Shown piece by piece: positions 31,176-42,600 of a DNA stretch of 64,000 bases. Location: contig JAUYMS010000030.1 in the NCBI GenBank assembly GCA_030698625.1, forward strand, positions 148,016 to 212,015. The letters are read 5' to 3'. The DNA comes from Candidatus Omnitrophota bacterium. Lineage in GTDB: Bacteria; Omnitrophota; Omnitrophia; Omnitrophales; Aquincolibacteriaceae. The notes below the pieces were generated by a model, which was not told where the DNA came from, did no database searches, and saw only the letters and a list, made by a program, of their open reading frames with translations. Position 1 is the stretch's first letter, and every line of letters begins with the position of its first letter. The position numbers and the translations under genes were made by a program.

Positions 31176-31356
31176 CGGAAGGCCTTTCGTTAAAGGGCGC
31201 AGTAGTTAGCCGGGTGACCGGGCTGTTTCTGAAATAATGACAGATAGGCCGCCATAAAGCAAACTGAACGGCGGAGAGTTTTACTAAGAGTTTTTCGGTC
31301 ACTGAGATATAATTCAAAAAGGCTTTTTGACTCAGCCGGAAACGGAGCGACTGGTC

Positions 31357-31803
31357 ATGAACGGACACGAAAAATTTATGCAGGCCGCCATTGAAGAAGC
31401 ACGCAGGGGCCTTTCCGAAGGCGGTATTCCAATCGGCTCGGCACTGGTCAAAGACGGTGAAATCATCGGACGCGGCCACAACCGGCGGGTGCAGAAAAAA
31501 TCGGCGGTTCTGCACGCAGAAATGGATTGCCTGGAAAATGCGGGCCGCCTCAAAGCCGCTGATTATCAGAAATGCATTATTTATTCCACGCTTTCACCCT
31601 GCGACATGTGCACCGGAACGATCCTTCTTTACAAAATCCCCACGGTTGTCATCGGCGAGAATGAGACTTTTAAAGGCCCGGAAAGTTACTCGAAAAGCCG
31701 GGGCGTTCAGCTGATTAACCTTGAGTCTGAGGAGTGCAAGCGGCTTATGCGTGATTTTATCCACGAGCATCCGGAACTATGGAATGAAGATATAGGCGTT
31801 TAA
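31357..31803 (+). CDS. Nucleoside/cytosine deaminase (zinc, yeast FCY1-like)
   Basis: EGGIPIG, HAEMDCLENAGR, TLSPCDMC, WNEDIG. Confidence 0.92.
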   Translation: MNGHEKFMQAAIEEARRGLSEGGIPIGSALVKDGEIIGRGHNRRVQKKSAVLHAEMDCLENAGRLKAADYQKCIIYSTLSPCDMCTGTILLYKIPTVVIGENETFKGPESYSKSRGVQLINLESEECKRLMRDFIHEHPELWNEDIGV

Positions 31804-31822
31804 GTAGGCTAAAAGGAATCAC

Positions 31823-32455
31823 GTGAGAACAAATAGTAGTTTAAGCCGCTCGTTTTTAGCGATGGTCATGATGATACCCGTCTTAGTGCAAGCGACCTAT
31901 GCTGAAAGTCAGATAAAATTCAAGCATATTCCTATGCAATACATTGTGGCCTTGAGTGATGCGGGCGAAAACTCCGGGAGCGATGCGCAATTGTGGGGGC
32001 TGTGGTATCAAGATCCGGGCCCTCGAGGATGCCGGTTGGAAAACTACAAAGAGTTAAAGGATACGGGCGTTGCCCCGGCCCAATGGGCATTTGACGGAAA
32101 AGATTGGTGGCTTGAGGAGCACGGCCTGATTATGGAGAAGCCAACCTTTCCGCTGCCGCCCGGAAAATACGTCGTGACTGGGGGGCGGGAAGTCACGAGC
32201 GTACTTACGGTGGACCCCATGGACGAAAGTGGTTCGCAGCACTGGCAACTCGATCATGACGCGAAGCTTTATGATGTGACACACCTGGCCTGTCATGCGG
32301 CACGCTATACACCGGCTGAAGACAATGCTTCTTGTTCGCCGGACATGGTAGAAAAAGCAGCCTTTCCGGTAGCTCCTGGTATTTCAATGCCTTTAATCAA
32401 CGGTTGTAACAAAAAAGAGTATGCGGTTCTTTTTGTGATAGGTGAGGCTGAATAA
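31823..32455 (+). CDS. Secreted hypothetical protein
   Basis: aagga SD plus GTG; signal peptide; no recognised family. Confidence 0.75.
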   Translation: MRTNSSLSRSFLAMVMMIPVLVQATYAESQIKFKHIPMQYIVALSDAGENSGSDAQLWGLWYQDPGPRGCRLENYKELKDTGVAPAQWAFDGKDWWLEEHGLIMEKPTFPLPPGKYVVTGGREVTSVLTVDPMDESGSQHWQLDHDAKLYDVTHLACHAARYTPAEDNASCSPDMVEKAAFPVAPGISMPLINGCNKKEYAVLFVIGEAE

Positions 32456-32500
32456 CCGGACACCGTCCGGCGGGGAAGGGTAAGAGCCCGGTCCCGCAAA
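32449..32500 (+). repeat. Right-half copy of the 28.4-kb element
   Basis: tgaataaccggacaccgtccggcggggaagggtaag...gtcccgcaaa versus 28403-28451. Confidence 0.85.
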
Positions 32501-32543
32501 CACTTGCTGGATTTTGACTTTTAATTACGATAAGATGCACACC

Positions 32544-33248
32544 ATGGATTTTCTTAAAAAACGAAACGGTTCCAGGCTATTTTTTATCGAGTTCCCGATC
32601 CCGGTTGTTATCCTCGCGCTTATCTTTTCCGGATGTGCCATCACACTGAGGCCGGAATTTGCAGGCATTCCGCAATTTAATAAAAAACCAATTCTGCGTG
32701 TCGGATCGATCACTGAAACCGTGACAGGAACTTGGAAGATTTATCCCGATTCAGGTTTCCGGCGTTATGTGATTGAGGCCTTAAATGAACCTGAAGCACA
32801 GAGTTACTTTTCAAATGAGATGTCAAATCTGATGATGAATATTGATCTTGTCTCAGACCATGAAGATGACAACCCGCGGCTCGGAAATCTGGGTGCGCTC
32901 AGTATGGTCACACTTGGGATTATTCCGCTCAATTATTTTTCAGAATGGAATGCCGAAGGGGAGGTTGAAATCGTGGACCAGGGCGGCAATGTGGTCGCTG
33001 AATATGTGTTCCATGGAAGAGCCAGTTATGAAATTTGGGCATTCCCCTTAACCATGTTCGCGCTCTTTGGTGCAGGCCTTCGTGGGGAAGGCGACGCCCG
33101 CGCTCTTGGCAAAAGATCGGCGCACAATTTCCTGAATCAAATCTTTGAGGTCATCGAAAAGGATTACTCAAAATTGGCTGCTTACGCAGGTGTTCAGGCC
33201 GAGGCACAGGCTGCCCCGACCGTTGCCCCCCCAAGCCTCGTTGTTTAG
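32544..33248 (+). CDS. Putative lipoprotein (start uncertain)
   Basis: Lipobox-like LIFSGC; motif TLGIIP. Confidence 0.7.
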   Translation: MDFLKKRNGSRLFFIEFPIPVVILALIFSGCAITLRPEFAGIPQFNKKPILRVGSITETVTGTWKIYPDSGFRRYVIEALNEPEAQSYFSNEMSNLMMNIDLVSDHEDDNPRLGNLGALSMVTLGIIPLNYFSEWNAEGEVEIVDQGGNVVAEYVFHGRASYEIWAFPLTMFALFGAGLRGEGDARALGKRSAHNFLNQIFEVIEKDYSKLAAYAGVQAEAQAAPTVAPPSLVV

Positions 33249-33268
33249 GAAATATCCACGATTGCTAA

Positions 33269-34966
33269 ATGAAATATTTATCTAGATTCTTCAGCTGTTT
33301 TGTTCTTGTCACTTCGATTCCTTTTACGCCGCTTTCTGCCGAAACGGTCACGGTACCCCCGGGCACTTCATTTGAAGATATCCTCGCAAAAGGCCGGGCA
33401 TCTGCAAACGAGAAGAACTATATTGATGCCGTGCGTCATTTTTATGACGCCCTAAACCGCAAACCGCTTCACCCTGAAACCCTGTATTACCTTGGGCTCA
33501 CCTACCAAAACCAGGGTGCGCCGCTGATTGCGCTCTTTTGGTATGAGGCCTATCTTGAAGCCCATCCGGACTCGCTCATAAAAGATCAAGTCGAGGCGGA
33601 AACAAGGCGCCTTTACGCCAGTGTGCGAAAACAAGCAGAGTTACTTCTAAATCTTGCGCTGAAGACCATTAATGAAATCCCATCGCAACTGCCGCTGGAT
33701 AAACGGGTGTTGATGGGCAAGCTTGCCTTTATCTATACGGTCACGGGCAACATCGATACGGCAGTCAAGCTCGGAGTCAATTCGATTTACAGCGGAGCGG
33801 CAACAGATTCCTACCAACGTTTTTATGGCCAGTATCTGGCAGACCTGTTTCATTATAAGGAAGCGTTTGCGATTGTCGGAGAAATGACAGACCCGGCGGA
33901 GATCGATAAGCTCCTTTATTCGATCGGTTATTTTCAGGCGATGCGCGATGAACATGATGAGGTTGAAAAAACGCTTGAGCAAATGGCGCCCTCGGGGAAC
34001 AAAGAAAAGCTGATTCAGCTTTGGACGGCACGGCTCACGCGTGAACTTAAAACAGACCGTGCCAGAAAATGGGCCGAGCAAGTGCCGGAGGAATCCCCCT
34101 ATTTCGCGGAGCTTTGGCAGAGCCTCGCGATGGGATATCTAAAAGCCGGAAGATTAGAAGAGGCAAAAAAAATCATCCCGAACTTAAACGGATCTTTTAC
34201 GGCAAGAACCATCAGCGGTGAAGGGGCTCTAGTCTTAGAAGAACTCAACAAGCTGGAAAAAGACAAAGACCGGCCATGGCTTCGAGAATATTATTTTTTC
34301 CATATCACCACAACGCTTGCCTGGATGGGGGAACTTGAACTTTCAAAAAAAGGATGTGAGCTTGCCAAACAAGCCGCAGAACCGGACGGCAACACAGCAC
34401 AAGGGGACTACGCGGAACTTGCCTGTGCCTTTTATTTTTATGAAGCCGGCGAGTTTCACCAGGCATTGTCTCAGATTCAAAAGGTGAGTCCCGAAAACCA
34501 AGGGTCTTTTGGGGTGTCGTTCTTTTGGCGGCTCATGACAAAAGAAGACCTGACGAATGCCGAGAAGATGCTTTCACAAATGAAGCCATCCCCGATTCAA
34601 GCGGGGCTTCTGCTTGAACTGAGCCGCGGGGCATATGCCGCAGGGATGGGTGAGGTTTACTCGAAATGGATCACACAAAGCCTCAAGACCGCCATTAATT
34701 TTCGCCATGAGATTTTACTTCGTCAGATCAGCCGTGATGCGGGTCGCTATGGCGACAAAGCGCTCAGTGATTATGCTGCGCAGGCCGCGCGTGTTGCGCG
34801 CTGGAGCACCTACGCTATGAAATACAGTGAAATCCAGGCAACAAGTTCGATAGCCTCTTATCTCGATCAGCATAGGCCGGATGATTTGAGGGAACTGGCA
34901 CAGAACTTAATGGATGCGGCGGTGCATTATGTGGTCATGGTGCAGGCACTCAAAAAAGAGTCATAA
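33269..34966 (+). CDS. Secreted TPR-repeat protein
   Basis: Signal peptide; TPR-like PETLYYLGLTY...YEAYLEAHP. Confidence 0.8.
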   Translation: MKYLSRFFSCFVLVTSIPFTPLSAETVTVPPGTSFEDILAKGRASANEKNYIDAVRHFYDALNRKPLHPETLYYLGLTYQNQGAPLIALFWYEAYLEAHPDSLIKDQVEAETRRLYASVRKQAELLLNLALKTINEIPSQLPLDKRVLMGKLAFIYTVTGNIDTAVKLGVNSIYSGAATDSYQRFYGQYLADLFHYKEAFAIVGEMTDPAEIDKLLYSIGYFQAMRDEHDEVEKTLEQMAPSGNKEKLIQLWTARLTRELKTDRARKWAEQVPEESPYFAELWQSLAMGYLKAGRLEEAKKIIPNLNGSFTARTISGEGALVLEELNKLEKDKDRPWLREYYFFHITTTLAWMGELELSKKGCELAKQAAEPDGNTAQGDYAELACAFYFYEAGEFHQALSQIQKVSPENQGSFGVSFFWRLMTKEDLTNAEKMLSQMKPSPIQAGLLLELSRGAYAAGMGEVYSKWITQSLKTAINFRHEILLRQISRDAGRYGDKALSDYAAQAARVARWSTYAMKYSEIQATSSIASYLDQHRPDDLRELAQNLMDAAVHYVVMVQALKKES

Positions 34967-34967
34967 G

Positions 34968-36275
34968 ATGAAAAAAACAATCTTCATTATGATCTCAGTC
35001 ATGCCCCTTTCAATCAATGGCTTCGCTTACGTTCCCGATGTGGGCCCGGGTCACTGCGTTGCCAATTGCGACGCGCCGGATTACTCAAGCTCTTCGTCGA
35101 GTTCTTATTCGTCTTACAGCTACGATTCCTATTCCGCGTTGGGTGATTCTTTTTATCAGCTCGGGCAAAGTCTGGGCCAAAGCATCGCTGACAGCTGGGC
35201 GCAGGCCGCAGCAAATCAACAAACAGGGCTCAGTTACAATTCTTATGGAAACTCAGCCCTTGCCACCGGGAACTGGGATGATGCGATTTCGCAATACGAA
35301 CAGGCCTTGGCGTATCTCCCAAATAATTATGTGGTGCAGCAAAACCTGAAGAAGGCAAAAAGCGGACGCTCCAATAAACAAGGTGCCGATGCTCATGCGC
35401 GCGGAGATTATGAAAGCGCGCTTTACTATTACCGGGAGTCGCTTGAAATGGACCCCGGCGACCATGTTGTCCGCAATAATTACCGCGTGACCAAGAAAAT
35501 GCAGCGGCAAAAAAATGCGCATGAGCGCGCGGATCGTCTTGAAACTTTAATGGCAGAAACGAGCCGCGAACTTCAAAAGGAATTTGGCGATGTGACAACC
35601 GAGGCAGAAAATGTATCTGCGCCGCGTGAAATTGATTTTAATGCCTTGAATGCAATCTCAAGCAATCCCAATGCGGGCAAAGGACTGCGTATCAAGAGTG
35701 ATATCCCGATGCCTATACAACGCGAAAGCGCCGAAGACCGCGCGTTTAAGTTTGATAAGATTAAAGACATGCCCGAGGTGGATAAGGCGATTGAGCTTGC
35801 GAATCAGGCGTCGGTGAAGTGGGAAGAAACAAAAGAGTGGGTGGGTGACCAGGTTGAAGGCGGTGTGAAAGCGAAATTGATTGAAACCATTGAAAGCCAA
35901 ATGCCCGAGACCTATCACACTTTAAAGGGGATCAAGGAAGAGACCGAGGCCCTTTATGAGAAAATCGGCGGAGAACATAAAAAGACGGCATCCGGTGCGT
36001 TTGATCTTATGCGTGAAGGTGTGGACGAAGCGGGAAGCACTTCGGTGACGGGAGTCGTGGATGAAAAAATCGACCGGTTTATTGACGCGCGCGCAGCAGG
36101 CTATACAGATATGGCGGATGAGATCATTTCAGATAAAGTGGGCGGCAAGGTTGACGAACTGACACAGTTTGAGGAGCCCGACTGGACCGCTGAAAAATCC
36201 ACGGTGGTCTCGATTGATAATAAAAAGAGCTACGACCGTGAGCGCGCCGAATACCTCAATAAGCACGCGAGATAA
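34968..36275 (+). CDS. Secreted TPR-containing protein with Ser-rich linker
   Basis: MKKTIFIM signal peptide; GNWDDAISQYEQALAYLP and GDYESALYYYRESLEMDP. Confidence 0.8.
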   Translation: MKKTIFIMISVMPLSINGFAYVPDVGPGHCVANCDAPDYSSSSSSSYSSYSYDSYSALGDSFYQLGQSLGQSIADSWAQAAANQQTGLSYNSYGNSALATGNWDDAISQYEQALAYLPNNYVVQQNLKKAKSGRSNKQGADAHARGDYESALYYYRESLEMDPGDHVVRNNYRVTKKMQRQKNAHERADRLETLMAETSRELQKEFGDVTTEAENVSAPREIDFNALNAISSNPNAGKGLRIKSDIPMPIQRESAEDRAFKFDKIKDMPEVDKAIELANQASVKWEETKEWVGDQVEGGVKAKLIETIESQMPETYHTLKGIKEETEALYEKIGGEHKKTASGAFDLMREGVDEAGSTSVTGVVDEKIDRFIDARAAGYTDMADEIISDKVGGKVDELTQFEEPDWTAEKSTVVSIDNKKSYDRERAEYLNKHAR

Positions 36276-36314
36276 AGAACCGTAAAAACAGACCGGACGC
36301 CGTCCCGTGAACCG

Positions 36315-36446
36315 CATACCGGTATGCGCGCTCATTTCACGGCAACGCGGGACGCGGTTCTTAAAGTGCTGGACCCGGCCCGGCTGCGGTGGCTTTCCTT
36401 CAGCCATTTTGAGGTCGACGAGTGCGGGGCCTTGAACGACTGGCTC
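36315..36446 (+). pseudogene. 132-bp duplicated fragment of an MBL-fold (flavodiiron/ODP-like) gene
   Basis: Four mismatches to 39261-39392; encodes HTGMR...[16 protein letters not shown]. Confidence 0.85.
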
Positions 36447-36537
36447 CGGATCCTTCATCAGTTCGGCGACGGGGCCCGGGCTCTGAATCAAGACGAGGTT
36501 TGATTGAGTTTATCGCTATATAATACCGCGCTTCGTT

Positions 36538-36610
36538 AAATAAAACATCACAAAAGATGTATTATTGTCTGTTATTGTATTGAAATAAAGCATCAAATAA
36601 GATATATTAT
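36538..36610. promoter_or_regulatory. Two related, partly palindromic operator-like boxes upstream of the HTH-hipA pair
   Basis: aaataaaacatcacaaaagatgtattat (36538) and aaataaagcatcaaataagatatattat (36583). Confidence 0.6.
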
Positions 36611-36651
36611 CTATAGATAATGCCGTTAATACATCAATTAAGAGGTGTAAA

Positions 36652-36999
36652 ATGGAATTCGAAACACTGACAGAGAAAGCAACCCTAAGCGAACTGGGAC
36701 AAAGAATAGCTTGCCACCGTCTCAACAAAAATATGACTCAGAGTGCACTTGCTATCGAGGCTGGGGTCTCCAAGCCGACAATTCAGCGCGTTGAAAGTGG
36801 CGCCTCCACTCAAACTTCAAACTTAATCCGCATTTTACGCGCGCTCAAATTACTCGGCAATGTGGATGCTTTAGTCCCGAAGCCGCCTATCAGCCCTGTT
36901 CAGCAGTTAAAGTTGCAGGGAAAGCTCAGACAACGCGCATCCTCAAAAAAGGAAAAGAAAAGAACTGATGGTAGTTGGTCATGGGGTGAGGAGACGTGA
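36652..36999 (+). CDS. XRE-family HTH antitoxin (HipB-like)
   Basis: RLNKNMTQSALAIEAGVSKPTIQRVESG; overlaps the hipA start. Confidence 0.88.
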   Translation: MEFETLTEKATLSELGQRIACHRLNKNMTQSALAIEAGVSKPTIQRVESGASTQTSNLIRILRALKLLGNVDALVPKPPISPVQQLKLQGKLRQRASSKKEKKRTDGSWSWGEET

Positions 37000-38297
37000 C
37001 TTATGCAGCCGTCAACCTGTGGGGTCGTAGCATTGGTGCTGTAAGCTGGGATAAAGAAAAGAACCTAGCTAATTTTGAATATACGCCGGCCTTTCTCAAG
37101 AGTGGCATTCAGGTAGCCCCACTGATGATGCCTCTTTCCTCCCACGTTTATTCTTTTCCGGCAATCTCACGTGAAACATTTTACGGGCTACCCGGTATGT
37201 TAGCGGACTCTTTGCCGGATAAGTTTGGGAATATGTTGATCAATAAATGGCTTGAAAGTGAGGGGCGGCGCGTAGAGAGCTTTAATCCGGTTGAACGGCT
37301 TTGCTACATCGGAGAGCGCGGTATAGGTGCGCTTGAATATGAACCAAGTCAGGGCCCTAAGGTCAGTGGGGCACATAGTCTGCACGTGGACGCCTTGGTT
37401 GCCTTGGCTAGTGAAATTCTCACAAAACAAGAATCATTCAAAACAGCCTTCTCTGAATCCGAAAAAGAACAGGCCATGAAAGATATTCTTCGTGTAGGCA
37501 CTTCGGCGGGTGGTGCACGCGCAAAGGCGATTATTGCATGGAATCCTAAAACCAATGAAGTTCGTTCCGGAAATATAGATATAGCGGAAGGTTTTTCGTA
37601 TTGGATTTTAAAATTTGATGGGGTGAAAGGGAATAAGGATAAGGATCTGGAAGATCCCGAAGGCTATGGTCTGATTGAATATGCTTATCACAAGATGGCG
37701 GCGGCGGCAGGTATTAAGATGATGGAATGCAGGATTTTGCGCGAAGGCGGCCGTTCCCATTTTATGACAAAGCGTTTTGACCGTAATGAAGCAGGGAAAA
37801 AAATACACATGCAATCACTTTGTGCTTTAGCCCATTATGATTATAACCAGGCGGGTGCATACTCCTATGAACAAGCCATGCAGGTTATGCGTAAATTACA
37901 GATGCCAATGGAGAGTCTTGAAGAACAATACCGCCGCACGGCTTTTAATATTATTGCGCGCAATCAGGACGACCATGTCAAGAATATTGCCTTTCTTATG
38001 GGCAAAGCCGGGAACTGGGCTTTATCTCCAGCCTTTGATGTTACTTATAGTTATAATCCATCAGGGGGTTGGACGAATAGGCACCAAATGTCGGTGAATG
38101 CCAAACGTGACGACTTCGTGAAAGAGGATTTTATTATGTTTGCAAAAAATGCCGCTTTAAAAAAAACGAATGCTATGGATATTCTTGAGGAAGTGCAAAA
38201 TACCGTCAAAAAATGGAAAAATTTCGCCGACCGATGTGGCGTACCCAAGGCCATTGCCCAAAAGATAGCTAAGACACACCGCACAAAAATTCTCTGA
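36996..38297 (+). CDS. hipA: Type II toxin HipA family kinase
   Basis: DSLPDKFG, GTSAGGARAK, WILKFDG, NQDDHVKN, LSPAFD. Confidence 0.95.
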   Translation: MTYAAVNLWGRSIGAVSWDKEKNLANFEYTPAFLKSGIQVAPLMMPLSSHVYSFPAISRETFYGLPGMLADSLPDKFGNMLINKWLESEGRRVESFNPVERLCYIGERGIGALEYEPSQGPKVSGAHSLHVDALVALASEILTKQESFKTAFSESEKEQAMKDILRVGTSAGGARAKAIIAWNPKTNEVRSGNIDIAEGFSYWILKFDGVKGNKDKDLEDPEGYGLIEYAYHKMAAAAGIKMMECRILREGGRSHFMTKRFDRNEAGKKIHMQSLCALAHYDYNQAGAYSYEQAMQVMRKLQMPMESLEEQYRRTAFNIIARNQDDHVKNIAFLMGKAGNWALSPAFDVTYSYNPSGGWTNRHQMSVNAKRDDFVKEDFIMFAKNAALKKTNAMDILEEVQNTVKKWKNFADRCGVPKAIAQKIAKTHRTKIL

Positions 38298-38401
38298 TTA
38301 GTAAGCATAACCGTAGAAAGTTACCGGGTACCAAAGGGACACGTAATAAATATAGGTGCCAGGCAAAGGCGTAACGTTGGAGCGAAATTGTAGGAGAGGG
38401 A

Positions 38402-39109
38402 ATGGACCTTGATCTCTTGTTATCAGAATTGAAAAAGAATAAAGACCCCGGCACAGGGCTGGGGATAGCAAGCCAAGCAGTCAATGGTATAAATGAACTT
38501 GTCGTGGATGCTGGGCGTGGCAAATTTCCTTGGTCGCGGATACCTGGGAAGGGAACCAAGGGGGAACTTTGGTATAGGAACAGGCTATATTGGCTAAAGA
38601 CTATACCACTTGACGGTGACGGTTGTTTTATTGCGCTTCATTCAGAATCGCCAGTTTATCAAAAAAATAAAAAGGGACGGTGGCCTGCGGATTTGTTTGG
38701 CCTATTTCACGAGCGCCAGACGACGATGCTCTGCGTTATTGAACTGAAGGCCGGAACGGCAGGTGATAATGTGCTTTATGCTATCGTTGAAGGAGCCCGC
38801 AATCTTCATCTGCTTCGACAAGCCCACCCGGCTTTAGTGAAAAGCTGGGTGGCTGCAGGCAAAGCCGATCGGAACGCATGGGGAAAGGGCAATCCCTTAG
38901 CCGAAGTTTCCAAGAAAAGAACGAAATTAATTATATTGGGTGACTGGGCGTGGATCAAAGCGCAGGGAAAATGGAAAGGTGCCGCAAAAACCTTGCGTGG
39001 CTTGCTGGCAAATAGCCTAAAACAAGATTTATCCATTCACTGTTTGAATAAAAATGCTAAGCCAGCGAGTAAGCCGCATGCGCTTTTGCCTGTCTGGCGA
39101 CGGCTGTAA
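38402..39109 (+). CDS. Hypothetical protein, possible PD-(D/E)XK nuclease fold
   Basis: ESPV...PADLFG...CVIELK motif spacing. Confidence 0.6.
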   Translation: MDLDLLLSELKKNKDPGTGLGIASQAVNGINELVVDAGRGKFPWSRIPGKGTKGELWYRNRLYWLKTIPLDGDGCFIALHSESPVYQKNKKGRWPADLFGLFHERQTTMLCVIELKAGTAGDNVLYAIVEGARNLHLLRQAHPALVKSWVAAGKADRNAWGKGNPLAEVSKKRTKLIILGDWAWIKAQGKWKGAAKTLRGLLANSLKQDLSIHCLNKNAKPASKPHALLPVWRRL

Positions 39110-39145
39110 ATTCTGACAACGGTTTTTAACAGAAGGAGAATCAAA

Positions 39146-39497
39146 ATGGCCTCAATTTCTGAGATGGCCCCTGACATTTACCGCATCAGTACCTTCGTGC
39201 CTGAATGGAATCTTCAATTCAATCAATTCTTGGTCAACGATGAAGAGCCCCCTGCTGTTTCATACCGGTATGCGCGCTCATATCACGGCAACGCGGGACG
39301 CGGTTCGTAAAGTGCTGGACCCGGCCCGGCTGCGGTGGCTTTCCTTCAGCCATTTTGAGGTGGACGAGTGCGGGGCCTTGAACGAGTGGCTCAGGTTGGC
39401 GCCGGAGGCCACGGCGGCGTGCAGTGTGGTGGGGGCACGCGTCAATCTAGCTGATTTTTCCGAACGGCCGGCGCGTGAATTAAATGACGGAGAAGTC
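39146..39497 (+). pseudogene. Frameshifted, truncated MBL-fold (flavodiiron/ODP-like) gene
   Basis: aaggag SD; [17 protein letters not shown]...[11 protein letters not shown], frameshift at the C5 run (39248-39252), LLFHTG...[12 protein letters not shown]; similarity appears to end after ARELNDGEV. Confidence 0.85.
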
Positions 39498-39686
39498 TGT
39501 GGATGCAGTACAGGTTCTGCCGGGGACGGGCATCACTTTCTTCTCGCTCCGCCCGATTTTCTTCAAAAAGAATGTCATTGATTCATGTGCCTGGCGGGTC
39601 TATATTAAAACCCTATAAAAGATATGTTTAAAGTTATTGTTAGTTGTTAGTTTCTGACCAAAATCCAGCCTCAAAAGGAACCCCCT

Positions 39687-42600
39687 ATGCTTTCCCTCTC
39701 GGCCGTCAAATCAAAATTTTTTGTCAGCGTCATCACGTTCTCCTTTTTTCAATTAATCTTATCGCCCAGCTCTGTTTTGGGGCAGCCTCCCGCGATGCCC
39801 CCGGCAGCTGTCTTTTCTGCCGGTCAGCCGGAGGTTCCTGTTGATGAACCGCCGCAGCAGGAAAAGAAGAAGCCCAAGGGCGCGGAGGAGGCCCCTGCAG
39901 ATTTTTTTTCGCCGCAGACATTATCTTCACCCGATAACCCGCCATTCGGTGACGGCTTCGATATTCAGGAGTTGATCGATCTGAGTCTCTGTTATTTTGT
40001 TCCCGCCAACGGCCTTGTCGAAAGCACGTCGGGTTATCCGTTTGAAGGATTTCGTCAAACGGATTTCACGCAGCCGACGGCCATCGGTTTTTACGCGCAG
40101 TTGTTGTCCAATGTAATTTCCGGTGATTTGCAAACAGAGCACATGTCTAAAGCCGATGCGATTGCGGGTTTGGACCGATTGACGGATTCGCTGCTCGTGG
40201 ATCAGGAAAACTTGGGGTATAAGGGACTGCTGCCCTGGATGGGTTATGACGGCACGAATTGGAATCGAAAGAACGATCTCTTTGGCCAACAGGTCGTTTT
40301 GGGAGATAACGCGAATTTGTCGGTGGCTTTGGGTGCAACTGCCGGCGCTCTTTCCGACGAAAGCCTGGCCGGCGATGCGACGGTCCAGGGTATCAAGGAC
40401 AAAATAGATGCCTTCCTGGAAGGGCAGAGGGAAGGGTATGAGTATCTGTTTAACCCCGCGGCCGGAAGGTTCCGGCGGGGATGGAACTTCACGAACAATA
40501 GTTGGGTGGGCGGAGACAATGGTACCGCGCATTTTTTTGGAGATGAGTTTCGCCAGGCCATTCTGTTCTTGTCGATGCGCTATGATTTTCCGGAAACTGT
40601 CTATACGAGTTTGGAGACTTCGACAACGGAGTATACCTTGTCGACCGGTGAGGTGATTTCGACGGTAATGCCTTTTGACGGCGGGGCGTTTCAAATGCTT
40701 TGGCCGACACTGACGATGCCGGAAACGAATGACCCGCGCCTCAAAACGATGTTGCGCAATTTTGTGACGATAGCGCTAGACCATGCCAAGGAAAATAACC
40801 TACCCGGTTTTCTCTCCGCAAGTTACGGCGGTATCGATGAGTATGTCTCGAATGCGGGCATTACGGAGCTTTCCTTTAACCCCGCGCCCCGCAACGAAAC
40901 GATAGCCTCCCTTTATACCTTGGGTGCGGCCTACATGATTGCCCCGAATGAGATTGAGGTTTTTCTCGAACAGATTTTCCAAGCCCATCCGGATCTCATC
41001 ACCAATCATGGGTTGTGGGAGGGTGTCAACGTCGCGGCGGGAGAGGTCATTCAGGAGCAGATTGTGGCCAATGTCTCAACCTTTGTCCTCGGTCTGATCG
41101 GTAAGGGCCCCGAACATATGACGCGCTATCTTCAGGAGAAGGGGTTGGCTTGGAAACTTGAGGCGGCCTACCGCCCCGAAGAGCTCATTGATATTATCGC
41201 TGACAGCAACAACGCCTTTTCCTGGGGAGGGGGCTTTATTACGGCAGGGCGCTCGGATGACGAATACCATATTACGGCCAACCGCTTCAACTTCGTAGGC
41301 ACGGCCTTTTTGCATGACGGTATCAATATTGCGGGCAAGACCCTGCGGATCAAGTACTGGTCGGACACGGCTGTCGGCTCTACCAAGATCGAATTCAAGG
41401 AGCGGCGTGGGGGCCAACTCGACACTCGCCTCGTGCTTGACGAGGTACGGTTTGCGGATACAAACGGGGAGGAGCGGGTCATAGAGGTCGAACTGCCCGC
41501 CTCGGTAGGACTTTTCGATATTGATGAGACCGTGATTACGATCAACTCCTTATTCGGAGCAGGTTTGAGTATAGGCTTCACGGATTTTGACATTGTCCCG
41601 ACGGATTTTAAGGACCTCGTCTCAGACGGTACGGGAGCTTTTTCATGGGGCAGCCAGATTACGGGTTATCCGGCGGGCGACGAGTATGTGATTCAAAGCC
41701 CCGCTTTTACGACGAGCGGCACGGCGTTCCTGCAGGGTGGCATTGATGTCTCTGGCGGGCAACTCAAGCTCCGGTATCGCTCGACAACGGATGTCGGCAA
41801 TATGAAACTGCAATTCAAAGAACGCACGGAAAGCGGTCTCGAGGTAAGGCTCGACCTCATCAACTATGTGCTTGAGAATACGGGCGGTGCCGAGAGGGAA
41901 ATATTGATCGATCTGCCTGTGTCTGAATTTCTCGAACACATCGACGAGATCGTGATGTTGTTAACGGGGGGGGCGGGAAATCCCCTGGATCTGGTCATTA
42001 CGGATATCGACATGCGGCAATACGAGGTTATGGATGCCCTGGCTCAGAGTCAGAATATTTTTATCTGGGGCGATCAAGGTGTTTCAGGCTTTCTCACGAA
42101 TGAAGGCTATACCATTCAGAGCGCCGTTTTTCATTCCGCGGGCGCGGCTTTCATTCAACCCGATTTCGGTATCAATGTCGCGGGCAAAGACTTGAAGATT
42201 CGCTACAAGTCCACCACGGCTGTAGGGAAGGTAAAGTTCGAGCTTAAGGAACGTTCTTCGCAAGGGCTTGAGATCATGCATGTTACCGAGGAAGTGCTGT
42301 TTGTGAACACGGGCGGCGAGGTGCGCGAAGTAACCGTCAACCTGCCGTTGCTTCTGGATCTTTTCAACCTGCACGAGTTAGTCATGTTGATTACCGAAGG
42401 GGCCGGAACGCCCTTGGACATGACTATCACGGGAATCGAATTCTCAGACCGCAATGAAAGTGATCTGATCAGTGAAAGCACGGGTAGTTTTTCCTGGTCG
42501 AACACGAACCCCATTACGGGCTTTGCCCAAGGCGACGAGTACCACCTTTCGAGCCCCTGGTTTTACTCGAGTGGGACGGCTCTGCTTGAAGACAGCGTCG

